Notes under the pieces: generated by a model
Databases searched by the model: none
What the model was told of the DNA's origin: nothing
What the model saw: the letters and a program-made list of their open reading frames with translations, nothing else
In this document: positions 19,406 through 28,653 of the stretch, one piece after another
How positions within the stretch are numbered: the first letter of the stretch is position 1
Layout: each line of letters starts with the position of its first letter
Assembly: GCA_965242725.1 (NCBI GenBank)
Contig: CBDESZ010000001.1
Location: forward strand, 32,001 to 96,000
Reading direction: 5' to 3'
Source of the DNA: Alkalispirochaeta sp.
Lineage (GTDB): Bacteria > Spirochaetota > Spirochaetia > DSM-27196 > Alkalispirochaetaceae
Length of the DNA stretch: 64,000 nucleotides
Program-made: the position numbers and the translations under genes

Positions 19406-20422
19406 TTATGCCGCCGGTTTTCCCGGCCCGGCCCATTTTTCCCGCAGGCGCTGGAGACTGTATCTGAAAGCACCGGTATTGCGATAAAAGTGCACAATCA
19501 TGACGATCAGCAATAAAAGGCCATAAAGAAAATTCCTGAAGAAGGGTGTGTATCCCAGAAAGGTTGAACCCGTCGCGAGAATCTGCAGGGTCAATATTGC
19601 AATGACAACGCCCCAGGTGGAACTGAAACCACCGTCGGGATTTGTCCCGCCGAAGACCGACAACAGGACGGCAAGAAGCATATACTCTTTTCCGTAATTC
19701 GGTCTGATCGTCGCCACCTTGGAAGTCAACAGAATGCCAGAAATACCGGCGAGCACGGCGATAATCACAAAGGTCTTTATCAGGACGGCACGATTGTTGA
19801 TTCCTGAAAAACGTGCCGCCACGGGACTGGCCCCAAGCATCTTCATCTGAAATCCCAGGGAGGTTCTGCCAAGGAGAAGACCGATCAGCAGGGCGGCACC
19901 GATAAAAACGAAAAAGGGATTGGGTATACCGAGAATGCTCCCGTTGGCGATTCGGATAAACTCCATCGGGAATCCTGCGATACCGTGCCCCTGCGTCAAT
20001 CCCATGGCGATACCGAAAAAGAGACCGTTTGTCCCGAGAGTCGCAATGATTGCGGGAACCCCGGCAACCGAAATCAACAGACCGTTAAAGAGCCCGCACA
20101 ACGCCGCCGTGACAATTGCGGCCAGTATTGCGAGGACTATCACCACAAATGGCGGGAGACCGAGCTCCTGATGACGGGAGAGAATCATGCCTGCCACAAC
20201 TCCGGATAAACCGAGTACGGATACCCCCGACAGATCTATACCGCCGATCGTCATTGCCAGCATGATGCCGAACGCGAGAAGGGCATATTCCGGAAGATTT
20301 CGCATCATATTCTGGAGATTCCCGACCCGCAGAAACCGCTCGGGCATCGCCAGCGTCATAACGACGGTAATAACGATAAACACCAATAAAAGTGTAATGC
20401 TGTTAGCTCTTTTTGCCGTCAA
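19406..20422 (-). CDS. Sugar ABC transporter permease (RbsC/LsrD-like)
   Basis: Motifs GGIDLS, IIATLGT and AARFSGIN; multi-TM; TTG start. Confidence 0.9.
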   Translation of the reverse strand: MTAKRANSITLLLVFIVITVVMTLAMPERFLRVGNLQNMMRNLPEYALLAFGIMLAMTIGGIDLSGVSVLGLSGVVAGMILSRHQELGLPPFVVIVLAILAAIVTAALCGLFNGLLISVAGVPAIIATLGTNGLFFGIAMGLTQGHGIAGFPMEFIRIANGSILGIPNPFFVFIGAALLIGLLLGRTSLGFQMKMLGASPVAARFSGINNRAVLIKTFVIIAVLAGISGILLTSKVATIRPNYGKEYMLLAVLLSVFGGTNPDGGFSSTWGVVIAILTLQILATGSTFLGYTPFFRNFLYGLLLLIVMIVHFYRNTGAFRYSLQRLREKWAGPGKPAA

Positions 20423-20462
20423 AGCCGTTCCTCCTCGAAGGAATATTGCTGTACTACAACCA

Positions 20463-21497
20463 TCAGTGGGCCCTCTCTACGACAAGTTCACCCTGATTCT
20501 GTCGTTGTATCTTGAGACGAAGATGCGTCGCCGCTACACCGACGACGATAACCATTCCTATAAAGAAATCGGTCCATGATGGAGGTACACCAAGCATGAT
20601 CAGATGTCGGTCCAGCAACACGATCATGAGCACACCGAGCATCGTCCCGGTAATCGTTCCCCGACCACCGGTGATACTCGTTCCCCCGAGAATAACCGCC
20701 GCGATGACCCTCAAGAGAGCTGTGTCGGCAATATAATTGGGGTTGCTGTATCGAATCATTGAAACGTGGATAATTCCCATGACACCTGCGAGAAAGCCGA
20801 CGTAGGCGTACACGAAGTATTGGATCCTGGTTACGTTGAAGCCTGCCCTGCGGGCTCCCTCCATATCGCCGCCGATCGCATAAATTCCGCGTCCAAGCAT
20901 CGTCCGGCGGAGGATGAACCACGTAAGAATAACCGCAAGAACCAGAATGAGAAAAAAGACGGAAAGTCCCTGCCTTCCTTCGGCGGTCTCGACGGAAAAG
21001 ATAGCCAGCCGTCCAAATCGGCTGAACGTATCCGGCAGGGGGCCAACATTGACGGAATGGGTGCCGACAAATTCAAGCAGCCCGCCGTGAAAAAGGTTGA
21101 AGGTGCCGAGCGTCACTATCATCGTGGGAATCTTGAATTGTGTGATGAAGAACGCGTTAATGAGGCCGTATACAATACCGATGGCAATAGAAATCCCAAA
21201 TGCAAGCCAAATGCTGTCCACTCCGAGGGCAATCAGCGCATTGACTGCTATATATTGCCCCGAAATTGCGATAGCGGGGAAGGAGAGCTCTATACCGCCG
21301 GCAATCAGGGCGATGAAAAAGGCCAACGCCAGAATACCCAGCCCCGAACCGCCACGCAACAGACTCAACCAGTTACCCGGTGTCAGAAAAGCGGGCGCGA
21401 TGTTCGCAGTCACAATAGAAAACACAAGTATCAGGAGAACCAGATACGTCTCATGGCGCCGGAGCACACGGGCGCCGGTTTCTTTGAGGTCAATCAT
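20463..21497 (-). CDS. Sugar ABC transporter permease (RbsC/LsrC-like)
   Basis: Motifs GGIELSF, GRGIYAIGG and IAAVILGGTSI.GGRG. Confidence 0.92.
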   Translation of the reverse strand: MIDLKETGARVLRRHETYLVLLILVFSIVTANIAPAFLTPGNWLSLLRGGSGLGILALAFFIALIAGGIELSFPAIAISGQYIAVNALIALGVDSIWLAFGISIAIGIVYGLINAFFITQFKIPTMIVTLGTFNLFHGGLLEFVGTHSVNVGPLPDTFSRFGRLAIFSVETAEGRQGLSVFFLILVLAVILTWFILRRTMLGRGIYAIGGDMEGARRAGFNVTRIQYFVYAYVGFLAGVMGIIHVSMIRYSNPNYIADTALLRVIAAVILGGTSITGGRGTITGTMLGVLMIVLLDRHLIMLGVPPSWTDFFIGMVIVVGVAATHLRLKIQRQNQGELVVERAH

Positions 21498-23017
21498 GCT
21501 CCCGCCCCTTGACCGTCGGCTTTTGCCACAACGCGACTCACTTCACTTTCCTCCACATTCTGCAGATCCCGAAACTCTTTGACGATCCGGCCTTTTCGCA
21601 TGACCAGCGCCCTGCTGCATACCTGAAGTATCTCGGTCACTTCATCGGAAATAAGAAGGATACCCATTCCGTCGGACGCCAGTTCCTGTACGACATCGTG
21701 AATACGTGCCTTTGATACGACATCGACACCTATGGTCGGTCCATCCAGTATGAAGACCCTGGGTTCCACCGCAAGCCACTTTGCCAGGACAACTCTCTGC
21801 TGATTCCCGCCGGAAAGCGTAGAAACGGCATTTTCCGCTGATGGAGTCTTAATCGCCAGTCTGTTGACCCAATGGTCCCATATCTTCCGCCGCCGTTTTT
21901 CATCTATCAGACCCATCGGCCCGCGCAATGTATCCACGACGGTGGTGATAACGTTGTCGGCAATGGATTGGTCCTCAAACAACCCCTGCCCGTGTCGGTC
22001 TTCGGGCAGGTAACTGATTCCGAGAGCTTTTGCCGCAGCGGGACTGCCGATCGCTACCGTCCTGCCTTCCACAAGAATCTCACCACTGTCAGGAGTGTTC
22101 AGTCCGAACAGGGACAAAGCCAGTTCCGTCCGGCCGGAACCTACCAGACCGGTGAGACCTACAATCTCTCCCGCGTGTATCTTGATGTTTGCATTTTCAA
22201 ACTGACCCGCTTTGGTCAGCGCCCTGGTTTCGATCAAAACAGGCGCGTTCTCCTCATCGGGGTCAAACTGAAAGGGCTTATACTCCAGATACTGGCCGCT
22301 CATGAGATATGTGAGTTTGTCATGGTCAAGTGTATCGGCCTGATAATCCCCGACTTTCCGTCCGTCCCGGAGGACTGTTACCGAGTCGGCGATTTCAAAA
22401 ACTTCGTTCAACTTATGGCTGACAAAGAGCATCGCAACACCCCGCTCATTGAGCCGTCGAACGGCCCGAAACAGACGATCCACATCGTCGGCGGTAATCG
22501 CGGAGGTTGGCTCGTCCATGATTATGAGCTTGGCCCCCTGGGTGAGGGCTCGAGAAATCGCAATGATCTGTCGTTGTGCCATAGAACAGCTGTCAAGGGC
22601 CGCATCAACGTCGATGTCTTCCTCCAGCTGTTCAAGACTGTGCTTGGCGACCTCCCGCATTCGCCGCCAGTTTGTGAGGGTTCGTCGCTCCTCTATCATC
22701 TGGCTCAGGGAGATATTCTCCGCCACCGTCAGGTTCGGAAAGAGACTGAGATCCTGATAAATGATCTGAATACCGCTGCGAATTGAATCTATGGCGGTGA
22801 TGTCACGCCCGAAGGAGCGTCCGGCGATAATGATTTCGCCTTCGTCCGGCTGGACGACACCACCGATCGTCTTTATAAGCGTCGATTTTCCCGATCCGTT
22901 TTCTCCGACGAGGCAGTGCACTTCTCCTGCCGCAACGGAAAGATCGACGCCCAGTAAAGCCTGCACACCTGCATACGCTTTACTGACGTTCCGGACTTCC
23001 AAAAATTGTTCTGCCAT
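21494..23017 (-). CDS. Sugar ABC transporter ATP-binding protein (double NBD, RbsA/MglA type)
   Basis: Motifs GENGSGKS, IMDEPT, GLVGSGRTE and LSGGNQQ. Start at ATG 23017 after GGAGG. Confidence 0.93.
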   Translation of the reverse strand: MAEQFLEVRNVSKAYAGVQALLGVDLSVAAGEVHCLVGENGSGKSTLIKTIGGVVQPDEGEIIIAGRSFGRDITAIDSIRSGIQIIYQDLSLFPNLTVAENISLSQMIEERRTLTNWRRMREVAKHSLEQLEEDIDVDAALDSCSMAQRQIIAISRALTQGAKLIIMDEPTSAITADDVDRLFRAVRRLNERGVAMLFVSHKLNEVFEIADSVTVLRDGRKVGDYQADTLDHDKLTYLMSGQYLEYKPFQFDPDEENAPVLIETRALTKAGQFENANIKIHAGEIVGLTGLVGSGRTELALSLFGLNTPDSGEILVEGRTVAIGSPAAAKALGISYLPEDRHGQGLFEDQSIADNVITTVVDTLRGPMGLIDEKRRRKIWDHWVNRLAIKTPSAENAVSTLSGGNQQRVVLAKWLAVEPRVFILDGPTIGVDVVSKARIHDVVQELASDGMGILLISDEVTEILQVCSRALVMRKGRIVKEFRDLQNVEESEVSRVVAKADGQGAGA

Positions 23018-23096
23018 ATACGGGCAACCTCCACGGCGTTTGCGACACAATGTTTCCCGAAGTGAGGCGAATACTCTTCGTTTCCTCGGGGAAACA

Positions 23097-23124
23097 ACCG
23101 ACCGGACTATAAAGTCCGGTCGGT
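23097..23124 (-). other. 12-bp perfect hairpin downstream of the SBP gene
   Basis: ACCGACCGGACT-ATAA-AGTCCGGTCGGT. Confidence 0.65.
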
Positions 23125-23170
23125 CGGGATCAAACAATGTACGTGTAGTCAGGTACCTAGGGTCTTCTGA

Positions 23171-24211
23171 TTACAACTCCCAATCTCCATTGGCGTCACG
23201 CCATTCATCAAGATTATCCGCATTTACATCTGCCCACGCCTGTCCGTAGACGATCGGGACGCCGCTGTCATTGTTTTGGATAATGACGTTCTCATATCCG
23301 GGTCGTCCGAGATTCATTCCTTCGGTGATATCATTTCCCTGAAGGATCTGATACGCGATATTCGCAGCAACATATCCCGCGTCGGCAGGCACCCAGAAGT
23401 GAATCGACTGAGCCGCGCCGCTCTCGATGTAGTCTCCCGCAACGGAGGGCAGACAGGTACCGAATGCCGCGACTTCTCCGATGAGACCGAGCTCTTCAAT
23501 CGCCTGTGCCGCGCCGGGAACGGTACTCATGGCACTTCCCATAATGGCTTTAATGTCGGGTTGGGAACGGAGAATCTCGAGGCTGCGTTCATAGGCAACC
23601 TGCTGGTTTTCCCGCTCTTCCTGACGGGTGTTCGCAAGTTCAATGTCCGGATAATTTTCCGCGAGAAACTCTTCTTCACCGTCTACCCATTCGTTGTGTG
23701 TTGTGGATGTCAGGTGTCCGACGAATGGTTGCCAGAGACCTTCTCCGTCCATCCATTCCGCCATAATCGATGCCATATGGGCGCCATATTCCTTGTTGTC
23801 AAATGCCTCGATATCATAGTCGGCGTTCTGGATATTGGACGCTTCGTGGGTAACGACGACGATACCCTGTGCGCGGGCACGCTCAATTACCGGAACCAGA
23901 GAACTCGGATCGTTGGGAACAATCAGGATCGCGTCCACACCTTGTGCGATAAGGTCCTCGATGATACGTACCTGAGCTGCAGGATCTGCCGTATCTGCAC
24001 CGGTCTGCCACGCGTTTACATCATCGTGGGCCTCGTTGAATGCCTCGATACCAAGCCGCATGTTGTCAAACCAGGCGACGCCTTCAAGCTTTACGACCAT
24101 AACAATTTCATACGGTTCGTCCGCTGAAGCTGCCTCTCGTTGACCTCCGGCAAATGCAATGCCGGCAATCAATGTTGATAAAACAACAAACAAAATCGCT
24201 GTTTTCCTCAT
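23171..24211 (-). CDS. Sugar ABC transporter substrate-binding protein (LsrB/RhaS-like family)
   Basis: Signal peptide ending AFAGGQRE; motifs VVKLEGVAWF, QVRIIEDLIAQGVDAI and W.PADAG. Confidence 0.88.
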   Translation of the reverse strand: MRKTAILFVVLSTLIAGIAFAGGQREAASADEPYEIVMVVKLEGVAWFDNMRLGIEAFNEAHDDVNAWQTGADTADPAAQVRIIEDLIAQGVDAILIVPNDPSSLVPVIERARAQGIVVVTHEASNIQNADYDIEAFDNKEYGAHMASIMAEWMDGEGLWQPFVGHLTSTTHNEWVDGEEEFLAENYPDIELANTRQEERENQQVAYERSLEILRSQPDIKAIMGSAMSTVPGAAQAIEELGLIGEVAAFGTCLPSVAGDYIESGAAQSIHFWVPADAGYVAANIAYQILQGNDITEGMNLGRPGYENVIIQNNDSGVPIVYGQAWADVNADNLDEWRDANGDWEL

Positions 24212-24304
24212 AACCTCGTCCTCCTTCTCCAAGAAGATCTTTTTTTATCGATGTCCTGAATCAGACGGCCGTCTGTTCCGGGTCACCGACTTCTCCACTA
24301 CTCT

Positions 24305-24943
24305 TCAATCCGTAAAAACGGAAAAGAATCCTTGTACGATTATTGAACCGGCGGTTGCCCCGGGATCGGGTTTTCCCTTCGTCTGTTCCCGGTAAATCGC
24401 CGCCTTGCCGTGCTGAGAGATCATCTCCTTCGCCGCCTCTTCTCCGGCTCTGGCGGCGGTGACCGCCGCATGCGCCAGAGACGGTCCGTCGACACCGCTC
24501 TCCGCGGCCCGCTCAAGGGCAGTTGCGACGGGATCAGTTACGTCGACGATCGTTTTATTACCCGGCTTAGTTTTCCCTCGCTCCATGATTCCGTCGGAGA
24601 AGGCACGGAAAAACTCGGCGATATCCGAAGATCCGAGTTCCTCCGATCGACCGGCAACGGCCTTTCCGCCCCGCATAAAGCCCGTCGCGACAAGAGAGCC
24701 CATTGTGGAAGGGGCGGCCTTTGCCATCACCATGCCGGCCTTCGCGAAAAGTTTTCCAACGTCGACCTCGTCGCTGTCGGCGATCTCTTCGTCTGCGGTT
24801 CTGAACGCCCTGGTCATGGTCAGACCCAGGTCACCATCGCCGATAGCTCCGTCAATCTCTATGAGACGATCCTGGTTCTCATCCATCAACAGCCGAATAG
24901 CGTGAATGGCAGCTTTTGCTTTTCCGACGTCCATCATGGTCAT
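24305..24943 (-). CDS. dhaL: Dihydroxyacetone kinase family, L subunit
   Basis: Motifs DGAIGDGDLG, KTIVD and DPGA. Confidence 0.88.
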   Translation of the reverse strand: MTMMDVGKAKAAIHAIRLLMDENQDRLIEIDGAIGDGDLGLTMTRAFRTADEEIADSDEVDVGKLFAKAGMVMAKAAPSTMGSLVATGFMRGGKAVAGRSEELGSSDIAEFFRAFSDGIMERGKTKPGNKTIVDVTDPVATALERAAESGVDGPSLAHAAVTAARAGEEAAKEMISQHGKAAIYREQTKGKPDPGATAGSIIVQGFFSVFTD

Positions 24944-24949
24944 ATTCCC

Positions 24950-25963
24950 CTAGAGTTCCACCTGCTCAAAGAACGGTGTCCGTGCCGCCTTCGACAGGAG
25001 CGCCTTGAGCTCTCCATCCAGCTTCAAAACTGAAATTGAAAAGCCCGTCATTTCCAGGGAGGTTGCGAATTCGCCGACATATACCTTGAAAACCGAGACG
25101 CCCAGATCGTTCAATATCTGCGAGACCTTCCGATACGCGACGTACAGCTCTTCCTTTGGCGTCGCCCCGAGCCCGTTCATAAGAACCGCGACTTCGTCAC
25201 CTTTCTTATATGGCAGGTCCGGTATGATCTGATCCATCATTTCCTGGACGACCTCGTCCGCGGTGAGGAGCTTACCCCGCCGGATTCCCGGTTCGCCGTG
25301 GATGCCCATACCGATTTCCATTTCTCCGTCACCGATAGTGAACGACGGCTTACCTACCTCCGGCACAATGACCGGGGAGAGCGCTACACCCATCGTTCTG
25401 ACCTGGGCGCCGGCTTTTTCCGCGATCCGTTTCACCTCGTCCAGATCGGCTCCTTCATCGGCTTTTGCTCCGGCGCATTTGTAAACAAAGAAAATTCCCG
25501 CAACGCCGCGTCGCTTCTCTTCCTCGCCCTTCGGAGCGCTCGCCACATCTTCTCCGGCAACGAATGATTCCACTCGAATGTCTTCCATATCAGCCATTTC
25601 CGCAGCCATGTCGAAGTTGATAATATCTCCGCTGTAGTTGCCGTATATGTAGAGAACGCCCTTTCCACCGTCGATCGCCTTCGTTACCTCAAGCATCTGT
25701 TCCGAGCTGGGACTCTGAAAAACACCGCCCACCGCGCAACCGTCGAGCATTCCCTTGCCGACATACCCGAGAAAGAGGGGAAGATGCCCGGAACCTCCTC
25801 CGGTGGCAATTCCGACTTTGCCTTTCACCGGAGCATCAGCGCGAACGATACAACGAAGATCGTCGGCGATATTTTTAAGTTGATCCGGATGGGCTGCAAG
25901 GATTCCCTGCAGCATCTCGTCCACAAAGGCTTCGGGTTTGTTGATAAATTTCTTCATTGCCAT
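24950..25963 (-). CDS. dhaK: Dihydroxyacetone kinase family, K subunit
   Basis: Motifs MKKFIN, GGGSGH.P, NYSGD..NF, GMGIHGEPG and TSLEM.G.S. Confidence 0.92.
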   Translation of the reverse strand: MAMKKFINKPEAFVDEMLQGILAAHPDQLKNIADDLRCIVRADAPVKGKVGIATGGGSGHLPLFLGYVGKGMLDGCAVGGVFQSPSSEQMLEVTKAIDGGKGVLYIYGNYSGDIINFDMAAEMADMEDIRVESFVAGEDVASAPKGEEEKRRGVAGIFFVYKCAGAKADEGADLDEVKRIAEKAGAQVRTMGVALSPVIVPEVGKPSFTIGDGEMEIGMGIHGEPGIRRGKLLTADEVVQEMMDQIIPDLPYKKGDEVAVLMNGLGATPKEELYVAYRKVSQILNDLGVSVFKVYVGEFATSLEMTGFSISVLKLDGELKALLSKAARTPFFEQVEL

Positions 25964-26014
25964 GGTGAATCCCCCTTTCAAGATCCGCCGGCATACAATC
26001 CGCGTCCCGGCGGG

Positions 26015-26236
26015 GTAAACATTTACTAAAATATTTCTCTTAGGATTCTACCATGGACCATTGAGTTGTCAATAAAAAATGTCATTGCCGGCGATTCAAT
26101 GGACAATACTGTACGAAAAGACAAAAATTCTTGTATAAATTTTAGTAGACTTTCATTTTTTCGCCGCAATCAGGATCGATATCTCTACGAGCTACTAAAA
26201 TTTTTAGTTGACATTCGATATCGATGGACATAAGCT
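26015..26236. promoter_or_regulatory. Divergent dhaK/lacI promoters with candidate LacI operators
   Basis: - strand: TTGACA (26072-26067), 16 bp, TAGAAT (26050-26045). + strand: TTGACA (26208-26213), 17 bp, TAAGCT. Also GTAAACATTTAC (26015-26026), palindrome ACTAAAA-T-TTTTAGT (26194-26208), and TACTAAAAT copies at 26024 and (inverted) ~26139. Confidence 0.65.
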
Positions 26237-26248
26237 GAGAGGAACACC

Positions 26249-27295
26249 ATGAACACCCGAATCAAGGACATTGCCAGACTCGCAGATGTGTCTATAACAA
26301 CGGTATCACTTGTACTGAACGAGAAACCTGGTGTTGGAACCCGTACACGAGAAAAAGTCCTGAAACTTGCGAGGGAATTACAGTATGAAAAGCCCGGCAC
26401 CACGGGAAGACGGGAACAGAACGGCTATCTTCTTCCGCCGGCGGGGACGATCCAGTTTTTGAAAATCGCCCGACACGGACATACGGTCAACAGAGACCAT
26501 ACCGTGTTTATCGCCGACTATATCGACGGGATCGTGCATGGCGCAAAAACTCACAACTATAAAATAGAGGTGTCGAGTTTCAGCGGAACTCCGATAGATG
26601 AGATACTCGACAGTCTCAAGAGCAATCCCGATTTGAAGGGCGCCGTGGTTCTGGGTACAGAGCTGAGCAGAGAAGACGTTGCAGCCTTTCAGGGCCTTCA
26701 CATACCCGTCGTATTCCTTGACACCTTTATTGACTTTCTGCCCTTTGACTTCATCGACATGAACAATCAGGATTCGGTGTACCGGGTGGTGGAGCATTTC
26801 ATTTCCAAGGGGCACCGCGAGATCGGAATGGTCCGATCCCTCGTGCAGACGCGGAACTTTCACCTGCGTCATCTTGGTTTTGTTCAGACAATGGCGGCCC
26901 TTGAGCGACCGCTGCAGGAAGAATTCATCTTTGACTGTGACTCCACATTTGACGGCGCATATCTGGACATGCAGAAAATCATCAATGAAGGCACGCCGCT
27001 CCCCTCTGCGCTCTTCTGCACAAACGACATCATGGCATTCGGTGTGATGAAGGCGCTCCGCGAATCAGGCTACCGTATTCCTGAAGACATATCGGTCATC
27101 GGATTTGACGATCTGCCGACGTCTGCATTGATGGATCCGCCCCTGACGAGCATCGCGGTCTCAAAATGGGAAATCGGCAACACCGCGGTAAACAGACTGA
27201 CAAACCGTATTGCCGCCCCGCGAATGCCGGCGGTGAAAATCGTTATTGGCGGTACGCTTATAGAACGGGCGAGTGTCAGGGACATGACCATATAA
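26249..27295 (+). CDS. LacI family transcriptional regulator
   Basis: Motifs IKDIARLADVSITTVSLVLN, FCTNDIMAFG, IPEDISVIGFDD and PPLTSI. Confidence 0.93.
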   Translation: MNTRIKDIARLADVSITTVSLVLNEKPGVGTRTREKVLKLARELQYEKPGTTGRREQNGYLLPPAGTIQFLKIARHGHTVNRDHTVFIADYIDGIVHGAKTHNYKIEVSSFSGTPIDEILDSLKSNPDLKGAVVLGTELSREDVAAFQGLHIPVVFLDTFIDFLPFDFIDMNNQDSVYRVVEHFISKGHREIGMVRSLVQTRNFHLRHLGFVQTMAALERPLQEEFIFDCDSTFDGAYLDMQKIINEGTPLPSALFCTNDIMAFGVMKALRESGYRIPEDISVIGFDDLPTSALMDPPLTSIAVSKWEIGNTAVNRLTNRIAAPRMPAVKIVIGGTLIERASVRDMTI

Positions 27296-27355
27296 AACGT
27301 ACCGGTGTCCCTCGTTTGCCGGGAGGCGACGCGGCGACGCCGGTTCCGGACCTGC

Positions 27356-27377
27356 GGACCCGCCCGAAGGCGGGTCC
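27356..27377. terminator. GC-rich hairpin between convergent lacI and AKR genes
   Basis: GGACCCGCC-CGAA-GGCGGGTCC. Confidence 0.55.
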
Positions 27378-27406
27378 GGTCGGAAATCCCTGCTTCACCT
27401 CTTACA

Positions 27407-28489
27407 TCAGCCGTCCCATCCGTAATCACGACGGTCCTTCCAGGGACTTCCACTTTCGTACCGCTCGGGATGCAATACCTTTGGTCTCGGATCTTCGGCG
27501 ACATCCAGCTGCATTACCATCCACTTTGGATAGGGTGTACCGGGATCACTTGCCTCGTTGAGTTCCTTTACATCCTGGTCCGTCAAGAGAACATCGGTCG
27601 CGGCAATATTGTCCGCCAGGTGTTCTTTTTTACGTCCCGCAATGATGACGCTGGAAACGGCCGGCTGGGCAAGTATCCAGGCGAGAGAGATCCTGGCGAC
27701 GCTCACGCCGTGGCGGTCTGCAACTTTTTTTGCGGCCTCGACGACGTTGTAACCCATCTCTTTGTCAAAAGGCACAAAATTACCGTTCTCGCCAAACCGG
27801 GTCCCCTCCGGTGCCGGCTTTCCGCTTTCGTACTTACCGCTCAGGAAGCCGCCGGCAAGGGGGCTCCAGACCAGAATTCCCAGATCGTGATATTCCGCCA
27901 TCGACTGAAAATCAAACTCCAGACCCCGTCCGACGAGACTGTAGTACATCTGGGCAGTGACGAAACGGTTCAATCCCAACCGTTCCTGCATACCCACCGC
28001 TGTTGCTCCCTGCCAGGAAAGGTAATTGCTGAAACCGATGTAGCGCACTTTCCCCTGACGGACCAGATCGTCCATGGCGCGCAGCGTCTCCTCCAGAGGG
28101 GTGTTGCTGTCCCAACCATGAAGCTGAAACAGGTCGATGTAGTCCGTCTGCAGACGCTTCAGACTGCTCTCTATTCCCCGGATGATATTTACACGGGTGG
28201 CACCGCTCCTGTTGAAGTTGTCACTCATCGGTAACCGGCACTTTGTAGCAAGCACGAGGTCATCCCGCTTTCCCTGTATCGCCTTCCCGATAAACTCTTC
28301 GCTTTGTCCGAGTGAATAGACATCGGCAGTGTCAATGAAATTGATTCCCTGATCCAGAGCAAATCCGACGAGGTCATTGGTCGCCTTCTGGTCGAGGTTT
28401 CCCATATTCATCTTCTGACCGAACTGCATCGTTCCAAGAGCGACTTCGCTTACTATAAGTCCGCTGTGTCCCAATCGTCTGTACTTCAT
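27407..28489 (-). CDS. Aldo/keto reductase
   Basis: Motifs GINFIDTADVY, LATK, SLKRLQTDYIDL...H and WSPLAGG; AAGGAG RBS. Confidence 0.95.
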   Translation of the reverse strand: MKYRRLGHSGLIVSEVALGTMQFGQKMNMGNLDQKATNDLVGFALDQGINFIDTADVYSLGQSEEFIGKAIQGKRDDLVLATKCRLPMSDNFNRSGATRVNIIRGIESSLKRLQTDYIDLFQLHGWDSNTPLEETLRAMDDLVRQGKVRYIGFSNYLSWQGATAVGMQERLGLNRFVTAQMYYSLVGRGLEFDFQSMAEYHDLGILVWSPLAGGFLSGKYESGKPAPEGTRFGENGNFVPFDKEMGYNVVEAAKKVADRHGVSVARISLAWILAQPAVSSVIIAGRKKEHLADNIAATDVLLTDQDVKELNEASDPGTPYPKWMVMQLDVAEDPRPKVLHPERYESGSPWKDRRDYGWDG

Positions 28490-28653
28490 CTGTTGCTCCT
28501 TATGTATGATTTTGTATATCTATTGTAGTATCACTGTGTACGAGGTCAAGGATACAAAACGTCGGGCCGGCAAACGGACATCCTACATAAGAAAATCCAT
28601 TCATTTCCCTGCATCTGCGATCAACAGACACTTTCTGATATAGTGTGACCGCC

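Noticed and set aside
19406..24211. Canonical AI-2 (Lsr) uptake system, suggested by the LsrB-like SBP, LsrR-like regulator and FGGY kinases
   Set aside because: By-eye alignment shows HEAS and TTHNEW where LsrB has WDSD and TDQNQW, and no lsrF or lsrG is present. It is better called a sugar-type importer of unknown ligand.
27305..28234. 309-aa plus-strand ORF
   Set aside because: Antisense shadow of the aldo/keto reductase, typical of GC-rich DNA.
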